Below are positions 42,431 to 57,681 of a stretch of 64,000 nt of DNA, piece after piece. The stretch is from Octopus vulgaris (Eukaryota). Both the position numbers and the translations under genes were made by a program. The stretch covers positions 113,584,001 through 113,648,000 of the forward strand of contig OX597822.1 of the NCBI GenBank assembly GCA_951406725.2, written 5' to 3'. The notes under the pieces were generated by a model that saw only the letters and a list, made by a program, of their open reading frames with translations, made no database searches and had not been told where the DNA came from. The number at the start of each line of letters is the position of its first letter. The first letter of the stretch is position 1.

Positions 42431-44589
42431 CTCTAAGTACACACACACATACAGCATATACACCTCCATATACACACTCACACACACACCTTTAATCTGA
42501 TGGCACAAGCCATTCATCGTAGTTTTGATATTTCAAGAATAATCTTACATGGCATGCATGAATAAAGACAGTATCCTGAAAATGTTGGTGTCGCAAAAGT
42601 GCTTCAAAAATACGATTTAATTAGAAGACTCCAATAAAGCTACCATTTTAAACATATTGCATTCTCCTTTTGGTAGTGTTTAACTTTTTCTATAATTGTG
42701 TCCGTTTCTTCAATGTTGAAGATTACATCCAAACCCCAAACGATATTTAAATTTTTCTCGCCCGATCAACATCAATATCGCGCTAATCTGTGCATGAATT
42801 TCATGTGTATTCCCTGATCACAGATAACTTGTATTTATTTAATCAATCTCAACCAATCTCAACACTCGACTTCGTGGGGTCGAGTGGGCTTTGCGCTTCA
42901 TCATTATATATTTTCATATTTCATTCAATTTCTTTAATTTAATTTTTTCGTCTTCATTCATCCTCTTTTTGTATTTTAAATTCCCCGAGTTTATGTTTGT
43001 ATTGTCCCCATCTATGTATTGTCCCTTGTGGATAATAAAAAATCAATTTAATCAATCTCAAGAGCGTTAAAAGAATATTGATGAGATTTGAACTGAGAAT
43101 CTAGAAATTTCAAATCAAGTATATTGAGACCTTTAATCCAGCGTCCAACCACATAAAGCAATTAAAAATCAATTATTTCTATGGATTTACCTTTGATGAT
43201 TAATAGTTAAGGGCAGCGGCAAAATTTTGCTAACAATAACAATTTCAGTGCGATTTCTATTGAGCTTATATGATAGAGTGTTGTATAATAACTGTAAACT
43301 TAATATATATATTCCTTTTTTGCTGCTTATATATTCCCCCAGGAGGCATGCAACATCCTCTAGAAAAATAATTGGTTGTTTTAACTTTCACATCTTTCCA
43401 CCTGTAGAAATATTCAGAAGTTATCAAAGATTGACCTTTTCTCTTCTCTGACATTTAGTCTTCAACGATATTTCAATCCCTCACCACTCACGTGCTTCAC
43501 AATGAATTGCTTTTACTACGCTGTTATGTCACTAGTATCATTAAAATTAAATTAAAACACAAGTTGTACTTCTAACTTTTCCCAAATGTCAACACAACAA
43601 ACTACTTCTACACAAATATCTATCAGAACGTGTTAGCAAACCAGACTCTATTCCAGGTGCTTTGCTTAAGAACTTAAGAAGCATAAATGTATACAACACC
43701 CACATTTTACCAAACATCGCCTTCTGTACACCCGACAGATCGTCTGTCCATAGCCTAATCAATGCTACCCATTACACATCTACCACACACTCATCTCCTT
43801 CACTCTCATCTCCCACACTATCACCTGAATCCTATAACGTTTCACATCAGCTAAATGATTAGAGTTTTACACTGTCTATCTACAAGCAAGAGAAGGAACC
43901 TACGTATGGTACTTCGATCAGCTAGAAACAGTAACCAAATTTTGCTCGTACCCCCACCCTAACATTTTTTGAACAGGGAATATTGAATATTGCAATCTGG
44001 AGTAGTCTATACCTGAACAAGAGGATGTGTTAATCATAAGGTTGCTCATTTAGAGCTAAACTGGGGCTAAACACAACAACGCCGACAAAGACATCTGGAA
44101 AGACCCAGCCTATTGCCATCGACTGACTGGATGTCACACACCATCGCAGTACTTGCAAGACTACTATCCAGAAAGCTGAGGATGCTGTGGAGCATCGCAC
44201 CAACTTTGAGCTCTTTGACATCCCAAACTGCATCCGGTTCTTTAACTGGAATTTAATTGCATATTATTCAGTGATGTAAACAATTATTATCTTAATATGA
44301 ACGGTAATTAGATCGTGTGCTCCTAAGAGACACCAAATGGCAATATTGTAATTGAAGGACGTTTTTCAAAACTTTGACTAGAGGCTGAGCAGGTTTTGTT
44401 TAGATTGCCTATGATGCATGTGAACAACTTATGAGCAAGGTAAACATGTTGTAAAGAATGATATTATATCATATATATGTGTGATGGATGGATGGATGGA
44501 TTTATACAGGGTGTTCGGGACAAATTTAACGATATTTTATGCCACTTTTTTCAGGAACAGTCAAAGGCGTTGCAGAGCATAAAGATTAA

Positions 44590-44990
44590 AGGACAGACAA
44601 ACGGATTAAGTCGATTACATCGACCCCAGTGCGTAACTGGTACTTAATTTAACGACCCCGAAAAGGTGAAAGGCAAAGTCGACCTCGGTGGAATTTGAAC
44701 CCAGAACCTAAAGGGAGACGAAATACGGCTAAGCATTTCGCCCGGCGTGCTGACGTTTCTGTTTCTATACTACCCACAAGGGACTAAACACAGAGAGGAC
44801 AAACAAGGTCAGACAAACGGATTAAGTCGTTTATATCGACCCCAGTGCGTAACTGGTACTTAATTTATCGACCCCGAAAGGATGAAAAGCAGTCGACCTC
44901 GGCGGAATTTGAACTCAGAACGCAACGGCAGACGAAATACCGCTAAGCATTTCACCCGGCGTGCTAACGGTTCTGCAAGCTCACCGCCTT
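44590..44990 (-). mobile_element. SINE family A dimer
   Basis: Two consecutive family A units. Confidence 0.85.
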
Positions 44991-45251
44991 TGGATGTGCA
45001 AGAGTGTATATGCGCGCACGTGGTGTGCGAGACTCTATATGCGTGTGTATGCGTAGGTGGGGGCGAGTACGTGCGCATGCAGATATGTATATTGTGTTTA
45101 GTGAATGCTTTAAGGACGCAGAGCTTTTAAACATGTTCCATATCTGAAAAAAACCTGATCAAGTTGTAGGATATATTTCGTTCATGAATACGCATGCATG
45201 TATGCATGTTTGCATATATGTATGTTTGTATGTCTCAATAGGTGTATGCAT

Positions 45252-45481
45252 GGCGGCGAGCTGGCAGAACCGTTAGCACGCCGGCCGGAATGCCTAGCGG
45301 TATTTCGGCTGCTGTTACGTTCTGAGTTCAAATTCTGCCGAGGTCGACTTTGCCATTCATCCTTTCAGGGTCGATAAAGTAAGTACCAGTTACACACTGG
45401 GGTCGATATAATCGACTTAATCCGTTTGTCTGTCCTTGTTTGTCCCCTCTGTGTTTAGCCCCTTGTGGGTAGTAAAGAAAC
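45252..45481 (+). mobile_element. SINE family A monomer
   Basis: Exact TSD AATAGGTGTATGCATG at 45237 and 45483. Confidence 0.9.
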
Positions 45482-45779
45482 AAATAGGTGTATGCATGTG
45501 TGTATCTTTGTATGTTTGTATGCGTGGACATATGTATGATGCATGTATTTATTATGTACATTTATGCGTATGATTCTTAGGAGTGCTTACACTTGTAATG
45601 TACAGGCATTCGTAAATACAAGCATAGAACACGCATCAACGTCTAAATAATAAACCCAGCGTAATTTTCCGCAAAATTCTATCGCAACCTTTTGTTTTCG
45701 TCTTCATTTGCACGTTCTTCTCTCTCTTTTACACAAACTACAAACCGGAAATGGATCTATTTATCACCACCTTTGTGAC

Positions 45780-46265
45780 ACAGCACGAGTGCACGCGCAC
45801 GCATGCATGCAAGCATGCACACTTTCACACTCACAAATGCGAGGGGGTCACATGCTCACACGCACATATACATATATATATATACGCATATGCACACGCA
45901 CATATAGACACGCATATGCACACAGACACGCACACAAGTACTACTGCGCGCACACACACGTACACACGCACATATACATATATATATACATACGCACACG
46001 CACAAGCACATATAGACGCGCATATGCACACACACACACGCACACAAGCACTACTGCGCGCACACACACGCACACACACACACACACACATAAGACTTGT
46101 ACATATAACTACACATATACATGCATGGGCATACACATTGACAGACGTGCCTGCATACAAGCCAACCAACATATGTGTACACTAACTGTGTGTATGTATG
46201 TAGGATATGTGTGTACGTGTATGTATCTAGGGTATGCATGTATGCGTATGTAGTACGCGTGTGTG
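45780..46265. repeat. Complex CA/TA/GC cryptic repeat with a ~110-bp internal duplication
   Basis: ..CACAAG(T/C)ACTACTGCGCGCACACAC.. occurs twice (~45935 and ~46045). Confidence 0.8.
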
Positions 46266-47299
46266 TATCGACAAATGCTGCCCCAGAAGCCAGCTGTTGT
46301 TGGAAATCCTGAAGGCAAACCATCGGTACCCAGTTAAACCAAAAGCTATGAGGTGCCATAAAAATAGTGAAACTATACCGCAGTCAATTGTCCCGCCCAA
46401 ATGAGAAAACTCCTCCCTAAAATCCACCCATGAGGAAGGAAAATATTGTCTATGAGAAGATTTCCAGTCCCTCCCCTGTAACCCTCCTTTGTCGACCATC
46501 TCCAGCTGATCTGATAAGCCAGCTTCTAGGAAACGTTAAGCATATACGAAAGTGTGTGTGTGTATGTGTGTGTGTGTGTGTGTGTGTGCGTGTCAATGTA
46601 TGTCGTCACGATTCAATAACTACACCTTACTACTATTAAGTCTTATTTATAGCATTATCTTTTGCTTCTTCTTTGATCCTTCTCCTTCCTCTGTTAACAC
46701 GTTTTTCACAGTGACACGGGTTTAAGTAATAAAACTTCCTCTCGTGATTTTACCTCAGACAGGCGCACCTGGCCGAATCGATAGGATGCCCACCAGCGAA
46801 AGAATCAATAGTTCGAAACCCTTGGTCACGAGACAACTTTTAATAATCCATTCAATGTTGTTGCAACGAACTGATATCTCACCGTAATTAATGACAATAA
46901 TAAATGCTTTCAGCCTAATCAACGTTTCGTTAATAATGCTATCTTCAATTCTACACAGGAACATGGAAAGTTTCTTCCAAATTCTTAAAACAGAATCCGT
47001 TTAGACATTACATTCAACGCAAAATCTTCACAGTAAACAGATTCTGGGAAAACCTATCCAAGTGGATCATCGAAGTCAAGTACAAGTATTACTATTTTCT
47101 TTTATCCACAAATCAAAAATAAATCTCTTTATTCTTTAAATTTTCTACATATTTAACAATTTCGAAAAGGAAGAACTTAATATCATTACAGGAAACTTCT
47201 TTTATGACTTCATCTCCAAGAAGAGCTCTGCCCATGACTTTTTCACACTCTTCGAAATCCGTAGCAAAAATAGTATGGGGGATAGAAACAACTTGAGCA

Positions 47300-48050
47300 T
47301 CTCTAGAAAAACAATAGACTAGAAGTGGAGTTCTGGAGTTGACGTTTTAGGAGAAAGGGTGATTAGACGATGAGATTAGTGAAGCGCTTATTATTTGAGA
47401 GAGAATAGGATGAAGCTGGGAAGAAAACTGGGTAGGAAACTTGGTCCCGAGAAGAGTGGTTTCCAAGTATCTAGTTCAAGGGAACATAGACTGTGTACTA
47501 ATTGAATAAGTAGACAGACAGACAGAAGAAGAAGTGTGTTAGCACATCTGTTGGTTAGACAGAGTTTGTAGTGTTCATGGTTGATATTTGGCAATCATTT
47601 TGACAACCTTGGATATGATGAAGTGCAGTTATATGGGCAACAGCAACGTCGTTTAAAATGCGAGACGGCGTTATTTTAGGAGCCAGAAATTGATCGGAGC
47701 TGAAGTGCTTTCTGATCCGGAAGAGGAAGGCTGTGGAATACAAAGTTAGTTATAGGACGTTTATGGTATTACCATGAAGATTCCTTGTCACTACTTTTAG
47801 GGTTTTCGTCATATGTCCTCTTTGAGTAAGGTACAAGGTTGTCTCTTTGAGATGAGCAATGATTGTATCTTTTTGGCGACATGTCTGACACTTGAGTGCG
47901 GAAGGTTAAGCAGGAGTGTGAGAGTGTATACGAGCGAGTGTCCTTTGAGGCGACAGTTTAGTCGTTGTTGAAGAGGAGGAAAATGTAGGGGACATACTCT
48001 AGTGCATCAGAATTGATAAAGCCGGGATCAAATCATCCACCACCAGATGC
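47300..48050 (-). pseudogene. Degenerate LINE (CR1/L2 group) RT fragment
   Basis: INSDAL..YIFLLFNND, KIQSLLISKRQ and AFLFRIRKHFSSDQFL resemble LINE RT and post-RT motifs. Confidence 0.45.
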
Positions 48051-48147
48051 TTCCATAATGAGATGCAACGGGAAGCTTTCCGTGCAAGATATGAGAGATG
48101 GAGGAACACAGAAGCAGCAGGGTAGCTCGGAGCAGCTCATCTTGACA

Positions 48148-48512
48148 TCAGTCCACTGCGTCACACCTTGGGCAAGTGTCTTCTACTATAGCTTCGGGCC
48201 AACCAAAGCCTTGTGAGTGGATTTGGTAGACGGAAACTGAAAGAAGCCCGTCGCATATATGTATATATATATGTATGTATGTATGTGTGTGTGTATATGC
48301 TTGTTTTTCTTTGTTTGTAACCTCAATATCGCTTGACAACCAATGCTGGCGTGTTTACGTCCCCGTAACTTAGCGGTTCGGCAAAAGAGACCGATAGAAT
48401 AAGTACTAGACTTACAAAGAATAAGTCCTGGGGTCAATTTGCTCGACTAAAAGTGGTGCTCCAGCATGGCCGCAGTCAAATGACTAAAACAAGTAAAAAA
48501 GTCAAAGAGTAA
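48148..48512 (+). mobile_element. SINE family B, 5' truncated
   Basis: Matches the 63244 copy from CAGTCCACTGCG onward. Confidence 0.85.
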
Positions 48513-50119
48513 TAAGTGAGGAAATGTAAGAGATCAAGTTCTCGGTAGATTGAGATTTCTATAAGCGATACTTGCAGTCACCGAGAGAAGGAAGGACTCG
48601 AGGTGATTATTAACGACAGCTTCAATCATCTGTAGTATGTTTGGATCCCAAACATCTTTGACAAGTTAGGGATCCAAAGGGCCAGTTGTAATTTTAGTGG
48701 TGTGAAAGCTTAATGGGAGGTTGTAGGATGCCCAAAGTAAGTTTTTACTTTTCGAATAATTGTATTTGGGAAGTTTCGGTAATGGGTGAAAGTTACCCTG
48801 TTCGTAAAGGAAGTAATATTTTTACAGTTCTTTAAAGCACATTCTACCAAGAATAGTTAGTGTAGAACTGGAAATGTTTCTACTAGTTAGATAACTTGAA
48901 GTACAAGGTCAGAGAGATATGAAGTGTTGTGCGTCAAGTGGACTTGTAGTGTGTTATCTTGTACTTTATGCCGTAGATAGGGTTAGGGAAGCTTCACGTG
49001 TCACTCACGGGATCGGGCCTGTTCTATCTTCCGATGTGTACAAACTGGGGAAAATCTTAACACTTAAACCTCCGCAATTCATTTGATTTGTTGTCATTAA
49101 TACTCAAAGAGATAACATAAACTTGATGTATCAAGGAATTGTGCTATTCTCTAACCGAAAGTCTAATCTCAATATTTTCAAAAGAGATTTCTCCGCTAGA
49201 GGAGACCAGGTTGGGATTTTGAACCACGGGGTTTGTTAAATATATTTATTTAACCCATTAAAGAGGCATTAGTAATGGAGTTGGGATGGTAGACTGGAAA
49301 AACAAATCGTATTTTCTGTAGTTTTGAGATTAGATGACAAAAAGAATTATAATTGTTAATCTGACACATGCTACAGTTAACATTTTTGAATACGTTATTT
49401 TGAGGGTTTACTGACAATGAGATTATACTGACCTAAATGGCTGCGCAAAATAGTAGATTGTTGGATTTTACTTCCAGTTGTACCGAAGAAAGATTAGCAT
49501 TTCATCTCTCAGATTATATAAAGAATTACTTAGTAATATGATTATAAAATTTAGAAGGAGGTGTCTGTGATGCAAAGACGTGTGTCCATGTTACTTCTTG
49601 CAACAGAAATTTTTAACACATTATATCATTAGAAAAAAACAAACAGAACTCTCTGAAAACTGGCGAACAATTGCTTTCTAAGCAGCGTCTCACAAATATC
49701 CCTTAAATTATCTTCACAAGGCTAGCATGCATAATAAGATTCACTTCATATCATTTCAGACGGGCCAGATTTAACCACACACACACACACACACACACAC
49801 AACAGAATCCTGACTTAATACACAGATCGATAATTACAATAAAAATTATAACACACCTATACAATTAATTTCCAATACGTACAAAGAATACGTATCTTAT
49901 ATCCATGCGATCTATAGTATATGGAGGGCATTAATTATTAAATAAAAAACGACTAACATACGTCATTTATTAACACATCATTAATACCTTCTAGAATCTT
50001 TTCCATTTGCTTCATGTCTTCAATTGCAATACTTTGCGATTCCCTTCCTACAAAATACAAAAATATTGAATGCAATCTAGCAAACAAAACTAAAATTAGC
50101 TTGCGAAACCAAAATCTTG

Positions 50120-50561
50120 GTTTCAGATTTTGGCACAGGGCCAGCAAATTTAGGGGGAGAAGTTAGTCAGCTACATTGACCCCCGTATTCAACTGGCACT
50201 TATTCTATCGAGCCGAAGGAATGAAACACAAAGTCAACCTCGGCGGAATTGTAACTCAGAACGTATAGACGGTCGAAATGCCGCTAAGCATTTTGACCGG
50301 TGAGCTTGCGATTTTGCCAGCTCGCCGCCTTTAGGAAACCAAAATAATCTTTTCTACTATAGGCACAAGGCCGGAAATTTTGGGGAATGGGGTTAGTCGA
50401 TTACATCGACCTTAGTGCTCAATTGGTATTTATTTCATCAACGACAAAAGGATGAAAGGCAAAGTCAACCTCGGCGAAATTTGAACTCTGAACGTAAAGA
50501 CGAACGAAATGCCGCTAAGCATTTTATCCGGCGTGCTAACGATTCTGCCAGCTCACCGCCT
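50120..50561 (-). mobile_element. Two adjacent SINE family A copies with different tails
   Basis: Copies at 50120-50330 and 50350-50561. GGAAACCAAAATAAT is repeated at ~50334 and ~50565. Confidence 0.85.
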
Positions 50562-50809
50562 TTAGGAAACCAAAATAATGCGATATGATTGTATAACCAG
50601 ATAATTTCCCATATCATAAAATGTGTGAAGAAAATTCGAATTATATCAAGGGCATACACTTGGCACACAGAGCTGAATTGGCTTTCTTCATATTCTAAAG
50701 AAGTTTTAGGGTTGGCGATGGATGTAGGCATACAATATGCAGTAAGTTCTCATTTGATTGTATATGGCTGGAGGCTAGAGTGTTGTTATTTGAAAGGTTT
50801 CTGGTGTTT

Positions 50810-51160
50810 AAGGCGGCGAGCTGGCAGAATCGTTAGCACGCCGGCAAAATGCTTAGAGGCATTTCGTCCGTGTACGTTCTGAGTTCAAATTCCGCCGAGG
50901 TCGACTTTGCCTTTCGTCCTTCCAGGGTCGATAAAATAAATACCAGTTGAACACTGAGGTCGATATAATTGATTTACCCCCTCCCCCGAAATTACTGGCC
51001 TTATGCCAACTTTTGAAACCAATATATAGATGCAGAGAAGAGACGAGCTGGCAGAATACTTCGTTCATCTCTACGTTCTGAGTTCAAATTCCGCTGGGAG
51101 TCAACTTTGCCCCCTTCCTTCCTTCCTCATCTTACTTTATCGATAAGGTAAGTACCTTTG
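50810..51160 (+). mobile_element. SINE family A copy plus a partial copy
   Basis: Head AGGCGGCGAGCTGGCAGAATCG, B-box and core. Confidence 0.8.
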
Positions 51161-51349
51161 GATTCTGTTCTTTTTTACGTATAAAGCATTCAATATTTAA
51201 AGGTGCAATCATGGATTTATGTATTTCTCTGTGAGTGAGATATAAAGACACAGACACACGCACACATGTATATATGAATGTATGGATGAACCTACGTATC
51301 TAAAGTGTATATGAATATTCATGTATTTCAGAGTATGTGTGAGAGAACA

Positions 51350-51429
<80 letters not shown>

Positions 51430-51431
<2 letters not shown>

Positions 51432-51578
51432 TAGAAAAAATGAGGTAATCAGATCGGATGGTTCATATTTATAGATATTTATTTATATATTACATTTTTT
51501 ACATATATATCATATCATTCAGATCATATCATTCGGATTAGCGCTTTCTCCCAATCGAGTGGGCTTTTCAAATCCCAC
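51430..51578 (-). mobile_element. PLE pseudo-LTR-like unit with a degenerate hammerhead
   Basis: Minus strand GGAT-TTGAAAA-GCCCA..TGGGA-GAAA-GCGC-TA-ATCC (51535-51576), between TA tracts. Confidence 0.55.
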
Positions 51579-51651
<73 letters not shown>

Positions 51652-51652
<1 letters not shown>

Positions 51653-51766
51653 GGCGTAGGAGTGGGTGTGTGGTAAGTAGCTTGCTTACCAACCACATGG
51701 TTCCGGGTTCAGTCCCACTGCGAGTGGATTTGGTAGACGGAAACTGAAAGAAACCCGTCGTATATA

Positions 51767-51813
<47 letters not shown>

Positions 51814-52016
51814 CTTTGTTTGTCCCCCCAACATCGCTTGAAAACCGATGCTGGTGTGTTTACGTCCCCGTAATTTAGCGGTTCGGCAAAAGAGCCCGAT
51901 AGAATAAGTACTAGGCTTACAAAGAATAAGTCCAGGGATCAATTTGCTCGACTAAAGGCGGTGCTCCAGCATGGCCACAGTGAAATGACTGAAACAAGTA
52001 AAAGAGTAAAAGAGTA
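51652..52016 (+). mobile_element. SINE family B with an internal deletion
   Basis: Matches 63244 but lacks the CORE-like segment. Confidence 0.85.
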
Positions 52017-52059
52017 TAATATATATACACACACACACACTCACACATACATACATTTA

Positions 52060-52098
<39 letters not shown>

Positions 52099-52681
52099 GC
52101 ACACATTTATCTACGTATATATGACACAAATTTATCAAAAGAAAATAAAGAAACTGCTGCTGCTGCTACTATGTGTGTGTGTGTTTATGTGTACACGTGC
52201 AATGAAACGGTTATTTATTTGTCTTCTTATCCTATATAAATGTGTGTACTTGTTGGATTGTGGAAAATCTGTCTATGTCTGCTCTTTTGCACATCATCAT
52301 CATCATCAACCACTAATTTCCTACACTAAGTCATTTCATCGTCCCTGCCTCCCACTTTCTCTCTCTCTCCTCCCTTTTTCTTCCCCTCTTCTTTCTTCAT
52401 TTCTTCCTCCACATTGGTCAATAATCTCTTCTATTTTCATGTCTCTCAGTTTTTACTTCTTTATTCAAGCACACCCTCCCGCGGTGTGACATAGCCACAT
52501 TAGGCACCTGTGTTTGTTATTGTTTGCCATCAATAAGTTCATTAGCAGTTTTACGGAAGACCAAAGGGTACACTATCAAAAATATGTATTATGAAGTGCC
52601 TATTTCCTTAGATATATTTTAATTACTATCAAATTTAAAACTTGAGCACAATAACCATAACGGTATAGTTTACTTCTTTAA

Positions 52682-54040
52682 AAGCGGCGAGCTAGCAGAA
52701 ATGTTAGCACGCCGGGCGAAATGCTTAGCGGTATTTCGTCTGCCGTTACGTTCTGAGTTCAAATTCCGCCGAGGTCGACTTTGCCTTTCATCCTTTCGGG
52801 GTCGATAAATTAAGTACCCGTCAAGCACTGGGGTCGATATAATCGACTTAATCCGTTTGTCTGTCCTTGTTTGTCCCCTCTGTGTTTAGCCTCTTGTGGG
52901 TAGTAAAGAAATAGGTATTTCGTCTGCCGTTACGTTCTGTGTTCAAATTCCGCCGAGGTCGACTTTGCCTTTCATCCTTTCGGGGTCGATTAAATAAGTA
53001 CCAGTTACGCACTGGGGGTCGATGTAATCGACTTAATCCGTTTGTCTGTCCTTGTTTGTCCTCTCTGTGTTTAGCCCCTTGTGGGTAATAAAGAAATAGC
53101 TATATTTTACTTGTTTTAGTAATATTTGAAATATCGATAATGGGGTAAACTGGTAGAATCGTTAGCACGCCGAGCAAAATGCTTAGCAGAATTCCGTCCG
53201 TCTTTACGTTCTGAGTTCAAATTCCGCCGAGGGCGACTTTGCCTTTCATCTTTTCGAAGCCAATAAAATAAGTACCAGTTGAGCACTAGGCTCGATGTAA
53301 TCGACTTACCCGCTCCTCCTAAATTACTGGTCTTGCGCCAAAATTTGAAATACCAATATCTTTCTCCAGTAAATTTCAATGTCTTCTTTCTGCTGCTGAT
53401 GCTCACTTGGAGTTCGTTGCTTTCTGATCGTAAAGGTTATATTTATTTCTACCTCAACAATAAAAGACGAAATTCCAATATAAGGTTAACTAAATATTTG
53501 CTTTGTTACTGAAATAACTTATTCTTTTGTATGGGATTACTACAAGTTTATGGTTTATTTTGCCAGCGACTGAAGAACAGACGATTTCTAACGAGTGTTT
53601 AATTTAATCATAGAAAAATAATATACACAACAACTTTAATTGCTGTGACGAGCTAGATGGTATTAGATTCTAATTCTTATGTAATAACCCTTTCTACGAT
53701 AGGAACAAGGCCTGAAATTTGGGTGAGGAGGCTACTCGATTACATTGACCCCAGTGCTCGACGGGTCAAGAATTTAAACACAGAATGTGAAGACAGTCGA
53801 AATACGTATTTCTTTACTACCCACAAGGGGCTAAACTCAGAGAGGCCAAACAAAAAGAGACAAACGGATTAAGTCGATTATATCGACCCCAGTGCTGGAC
53901 GGGTACTTATTTTATCGACCCCGAAAGGATAAAAGGCAAAGTCGATCTCGGAAGAATTTAAATTCAGAACATAAAGACAGTCGAAATGCCGCTAAGCGTT
54001 TTGCCCGGCGTCCGAACGGTTCTGCTAGCTCGCCGCCCTA
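52682..54040. mobile_element. Cluster of SINE family A copies: dimer 52682-53098 (+), monomer 53140-53355 (+), hybrid dimer 53690-54040 (-)
   Basis: Direct match to other family A copies. Confidence 0.85.
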
Positions 54041-55736
54041 ATTTTCCCGTCATAGTACTGCTGTTTATAGTGGAAGATTGTGCTTAAATCATATTCCAAG
54101 GAACTGTTTGGCAAAGTCGATCTTAAATAATGTGTTGTTTGCAACCCGATTTTCAGGACGGTCAGTAATTGACCATCCTGTACAACCAAAACCACAAACT
54201 ATTAGTATTAACCATTTGGCGATGTCGATAGAATATTATTAACATTGGCCGATTTGCACTGTGTCGTTATTAACAACTCTTGAATTTCAGTTGTCCAACC
54301 AACGTAGACATAAACATGTACCGTAATGGAGTTGAGGAAGTACTGTGAGTAGTGATATAGTGCAGAATTTGGGAGAATTTCCGTTGTTTCCGATACTAGT
54401 TCCAAATTGCTTCGTGGGATTTTGAACTAAGCAATTCATAAATAAAAGCGTTAAGTAAGCGAGGACAAGTGTATCAGAGAAGGGTGAATTCAGAGAGATA
54501 TCTGTCACTGGGATAAAGCTATGTTCGAAGTGCTGTTATTCGTTGGAAACTTCGAAGCGAAGTAGAGGAAGGTGATGTATTTGGAGGAGCAAGAGAGAAA
54601 AATATTGATCTGAAGTAAGTGGATGACTTTGTTGCTAATATCTAGGTGAGAGAGGTGAATGGTAGGGCGAGGAGATTAGAATTTATGTATGTTTAGACAT
54701 AATTTTTCATAGTGCAACTTGAAGACAGAGCTTTTTTCCGGAAATGGACAAAGAAAAAGGGGGAGAATGGTGGCTTGGGTGTATGTAAGAAAGGATGTAT
54801 CTAGGTTGGATCGGAGTATACAAATGTTAGAGAAGAGGAGCGGGTTTAAGTTTCGTGTACATGGGGATGGTGCTACAGTAGTCCACTCCAGTAAATATTT
54901 GAGTTATACCGTCAAATTTCTAAGTGTTAGTAGGGTGGAGTTGCATATGTAATATACTGAATTGAAAAACTTTGATTAATCGAAGTTATCCAAGCAATCA
55001 CTGGATCTGATAGGTATAATCTAAAATCATCGAGCAAAGCTATAATCCCAACAAGTTAAATTGATTGATATTTATACAATAGACACAATGCTGATAATAA
55101 TGTGTCTCGTCTTTCCGAGTGGGGAGTCTGAGGTTAGGCTAGGTTTTGGGAAAAAATGCTGAATCTTATTGACCAATAAAGTTGATAACCAATGAAAGTA
55201 TCTGGTCTTGAAAATTCCTGTTATCAGCTCTCGACCGTCTTATAAAGGAATAATCGTTCAGGTACCGTTTTATTATGTTTATCTAAATATACTTTTTCTC
55301 ATCCTTAAAAGTAAAATATCACTGTTTTGTTCAAAGTTTTTTTTTGCATAAGGTAACACTATTCTCTGCTAATGAAATCCACGAATATATAAATCTAAAT
55401 TTAATGATAATAGGAAGCTCTGAGCTTCTAAAACTGAAACAAATGAATATGAATTTGCATCCCCAGTGAATCAGTTTAAATCCGCCATTTGGAACCATTT
55501 CAATTTTCTTTCAATGTCCAAGATGTTTGAAGTGGTATTCAAATGGTATTTTTTTTTCGTTTTTGATTCTTATATTGTGTCTTTGAACTGTCAAAGGAGA
55601 CAGGATTGGCATGGTGCTCTTGGACGTAATGGAGTTAGAGGAAATTTGAAGTAAAGCGTTTAGGTTGCACGTGGATGGGCCTTAGGTGAGGAAGATTAGG
55701 AAGGAATAAAGAATGATATCATCTGTGTAGGAATGG

Positions 55737-56433
55737 TTCAATTCAATTCAATTCAATTTTTATTGGCTCAAAAAGCAAAAGCAAGGCCATGTAGGGGGAC
55801 AGGGAGTTATGTACAAGGAGGGTGGTCATACAAAGAGTTCAGGCTATTTCTGGTCAAGAGAGACTTTGAACCGAGCCGTCGTCGGCATCTTCACCATCTC
55901 GTCTGGCAGCTTGTTCCACGGATCCGCAACCCGGACGGAGAAAGCCCCTCTCCTTCGATTGAGATGAAATCATCGTAGATAGAGCTTTTCGGAATGACCC
56001 CGCAGCCGACGCTCTGGAGCAGGAGTGAAGAACAGCTCTTTCGAGAGGTTACACTTTCCGCTTATGATGTTGTGGGCGAGAATGAGATCACCACGGCGTC
56101 GTCGTTTTTCTAGAGAATAAAGGTCGAGCGTCTTCAGCCTTTCTTCATAAGACAAATGCTTGAGACCAAGAACCATGCGGGTAGCCAGCTTCTGGACTCT
56201 TTCGAGATGATGTATGTCTTTGAGGAGATAAGGAGAAGAGGCTTGAATCCCGTACTCCAATATGGGTCTCACTAGCGTGACATAGAGCGGTAGGAATATG
56301 GCTGCTGTGAGCATTCCGAATGACCGTCGAATTAAAAACAGAACTCCGCGTGCTTTGTTGGCTGCATGGACGCATTGGGCCGAAGGCGAAAAGGAAGAAT
56401 CCACCAAGATACCCAGGTCCTTTACTTGGTCGA
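55737..56433 (-). mobile_element. CR1-clade LINE 3' end with an (ATTGA)n tail
   Basis: DQVKDLGILVDSS..LYVTLVRPILEY..LERVQKLATR..SYEERL..LEKRRRRGDLI..LRGH..FSVRV..WNKLP, with one CGA>TGA stop. (TTCAA)n on the plus strand at 55737-55757. Confidence 0.9.
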
Positions 56434-57196
56434 AGGTTACGACAATTTGGTCGTTGATGTATCAGAAGGAAAGTATCGAGGGCAAGATCGGGTCTTGAGG
56501 TACACTAGAGTAGATCAAATGTTAGTTGAGACGTGCATCAATGCCATGGTGCAATCTGACAAAGATGGAACGCATCTGAAATTTTTCACCATTTACTCTC
56601 CACATTCTATGAAAACTAATAAGTGCAGATTTTCGAAGAATCATAAGTTTCTAAAGAAGTTGTAAGTGTTTTTGATGTGAAGGAACTTAAATGTTACAAA
56701 TAATAAAATTATAAAATATGCCAGGTTGGCAAATATCTCAATTTTCAATTGTTGATCATATTGGCTCCGGTATATACTCGGACTTTTTTTTATCCATTCC
56801 AGAGGAATGAAAGACAAAACCGAGCCTCATAAGAAATTGGAGTCAGAACTTAGTGGGAAGAAACTAGATGCTGTAGAACATCTAGTCTGGTACTCTGGCG
56901 TTCCTGCTGCGCAAGAGCCTCGTTTTTTATGGCAACTTAATGAAAGAAGAAATTAGAAGCAAATATCATCATCAATATCACTATTACTTCCGCTGTCTTG
57001 ACGTATGAAACACGTGAGTTTCTTGTTGGATCGTACAAAATCTATTCGCGATGATGATCACGATCAAGATGGCGATGAATGAAATCACAAAATAACAGAT
57101 GATAGCTTGTCATTTATTTCAAAAGAATAGAGAGTTTGCTTGAATCGCGCTATGTTTGGTGCCAGATATTTTCAAAATTATATTACTGGTGTATTG

Positions 57197-57268
<72 letters not shown>

Positions 57269-57436
57269 CATATAAGTATAAAAATTAACATTGTCTATTT
57301 AATTAAAAAATTCTATATATGGCTGAACAGTGCGCTACATTTTAAAACTGATGTAATACTTACATTGTTTAAGTAAATGAAGTAGCATGAAACGATTGTA
57401 CTACACTACCTTGGATATCCTTGTTGCTTATTTTCA

Positions 57437-57477
<41 letters not shown>

Positions 57478-57478
<1 letters not shown>

Positions 57479-57681
57479 TCTTCAGTATGTGACCTCGTGA
57501 GTACCACTGGCGATTTTTTCCCTCTGTCTTCCCTTCTCGGGATCTTTCCTTCTCCTATGTTTCCGACGAAGAGCTCCGCTCGAAACGTTAAACCCTCCTT
57601 CTTCCCTTCTTTCCTGAGCGTCCAATAATACTTTATTTGTTCCACGTCCTTGCCTTGTTGGGTTTTTTTGTTTTCTTGTTT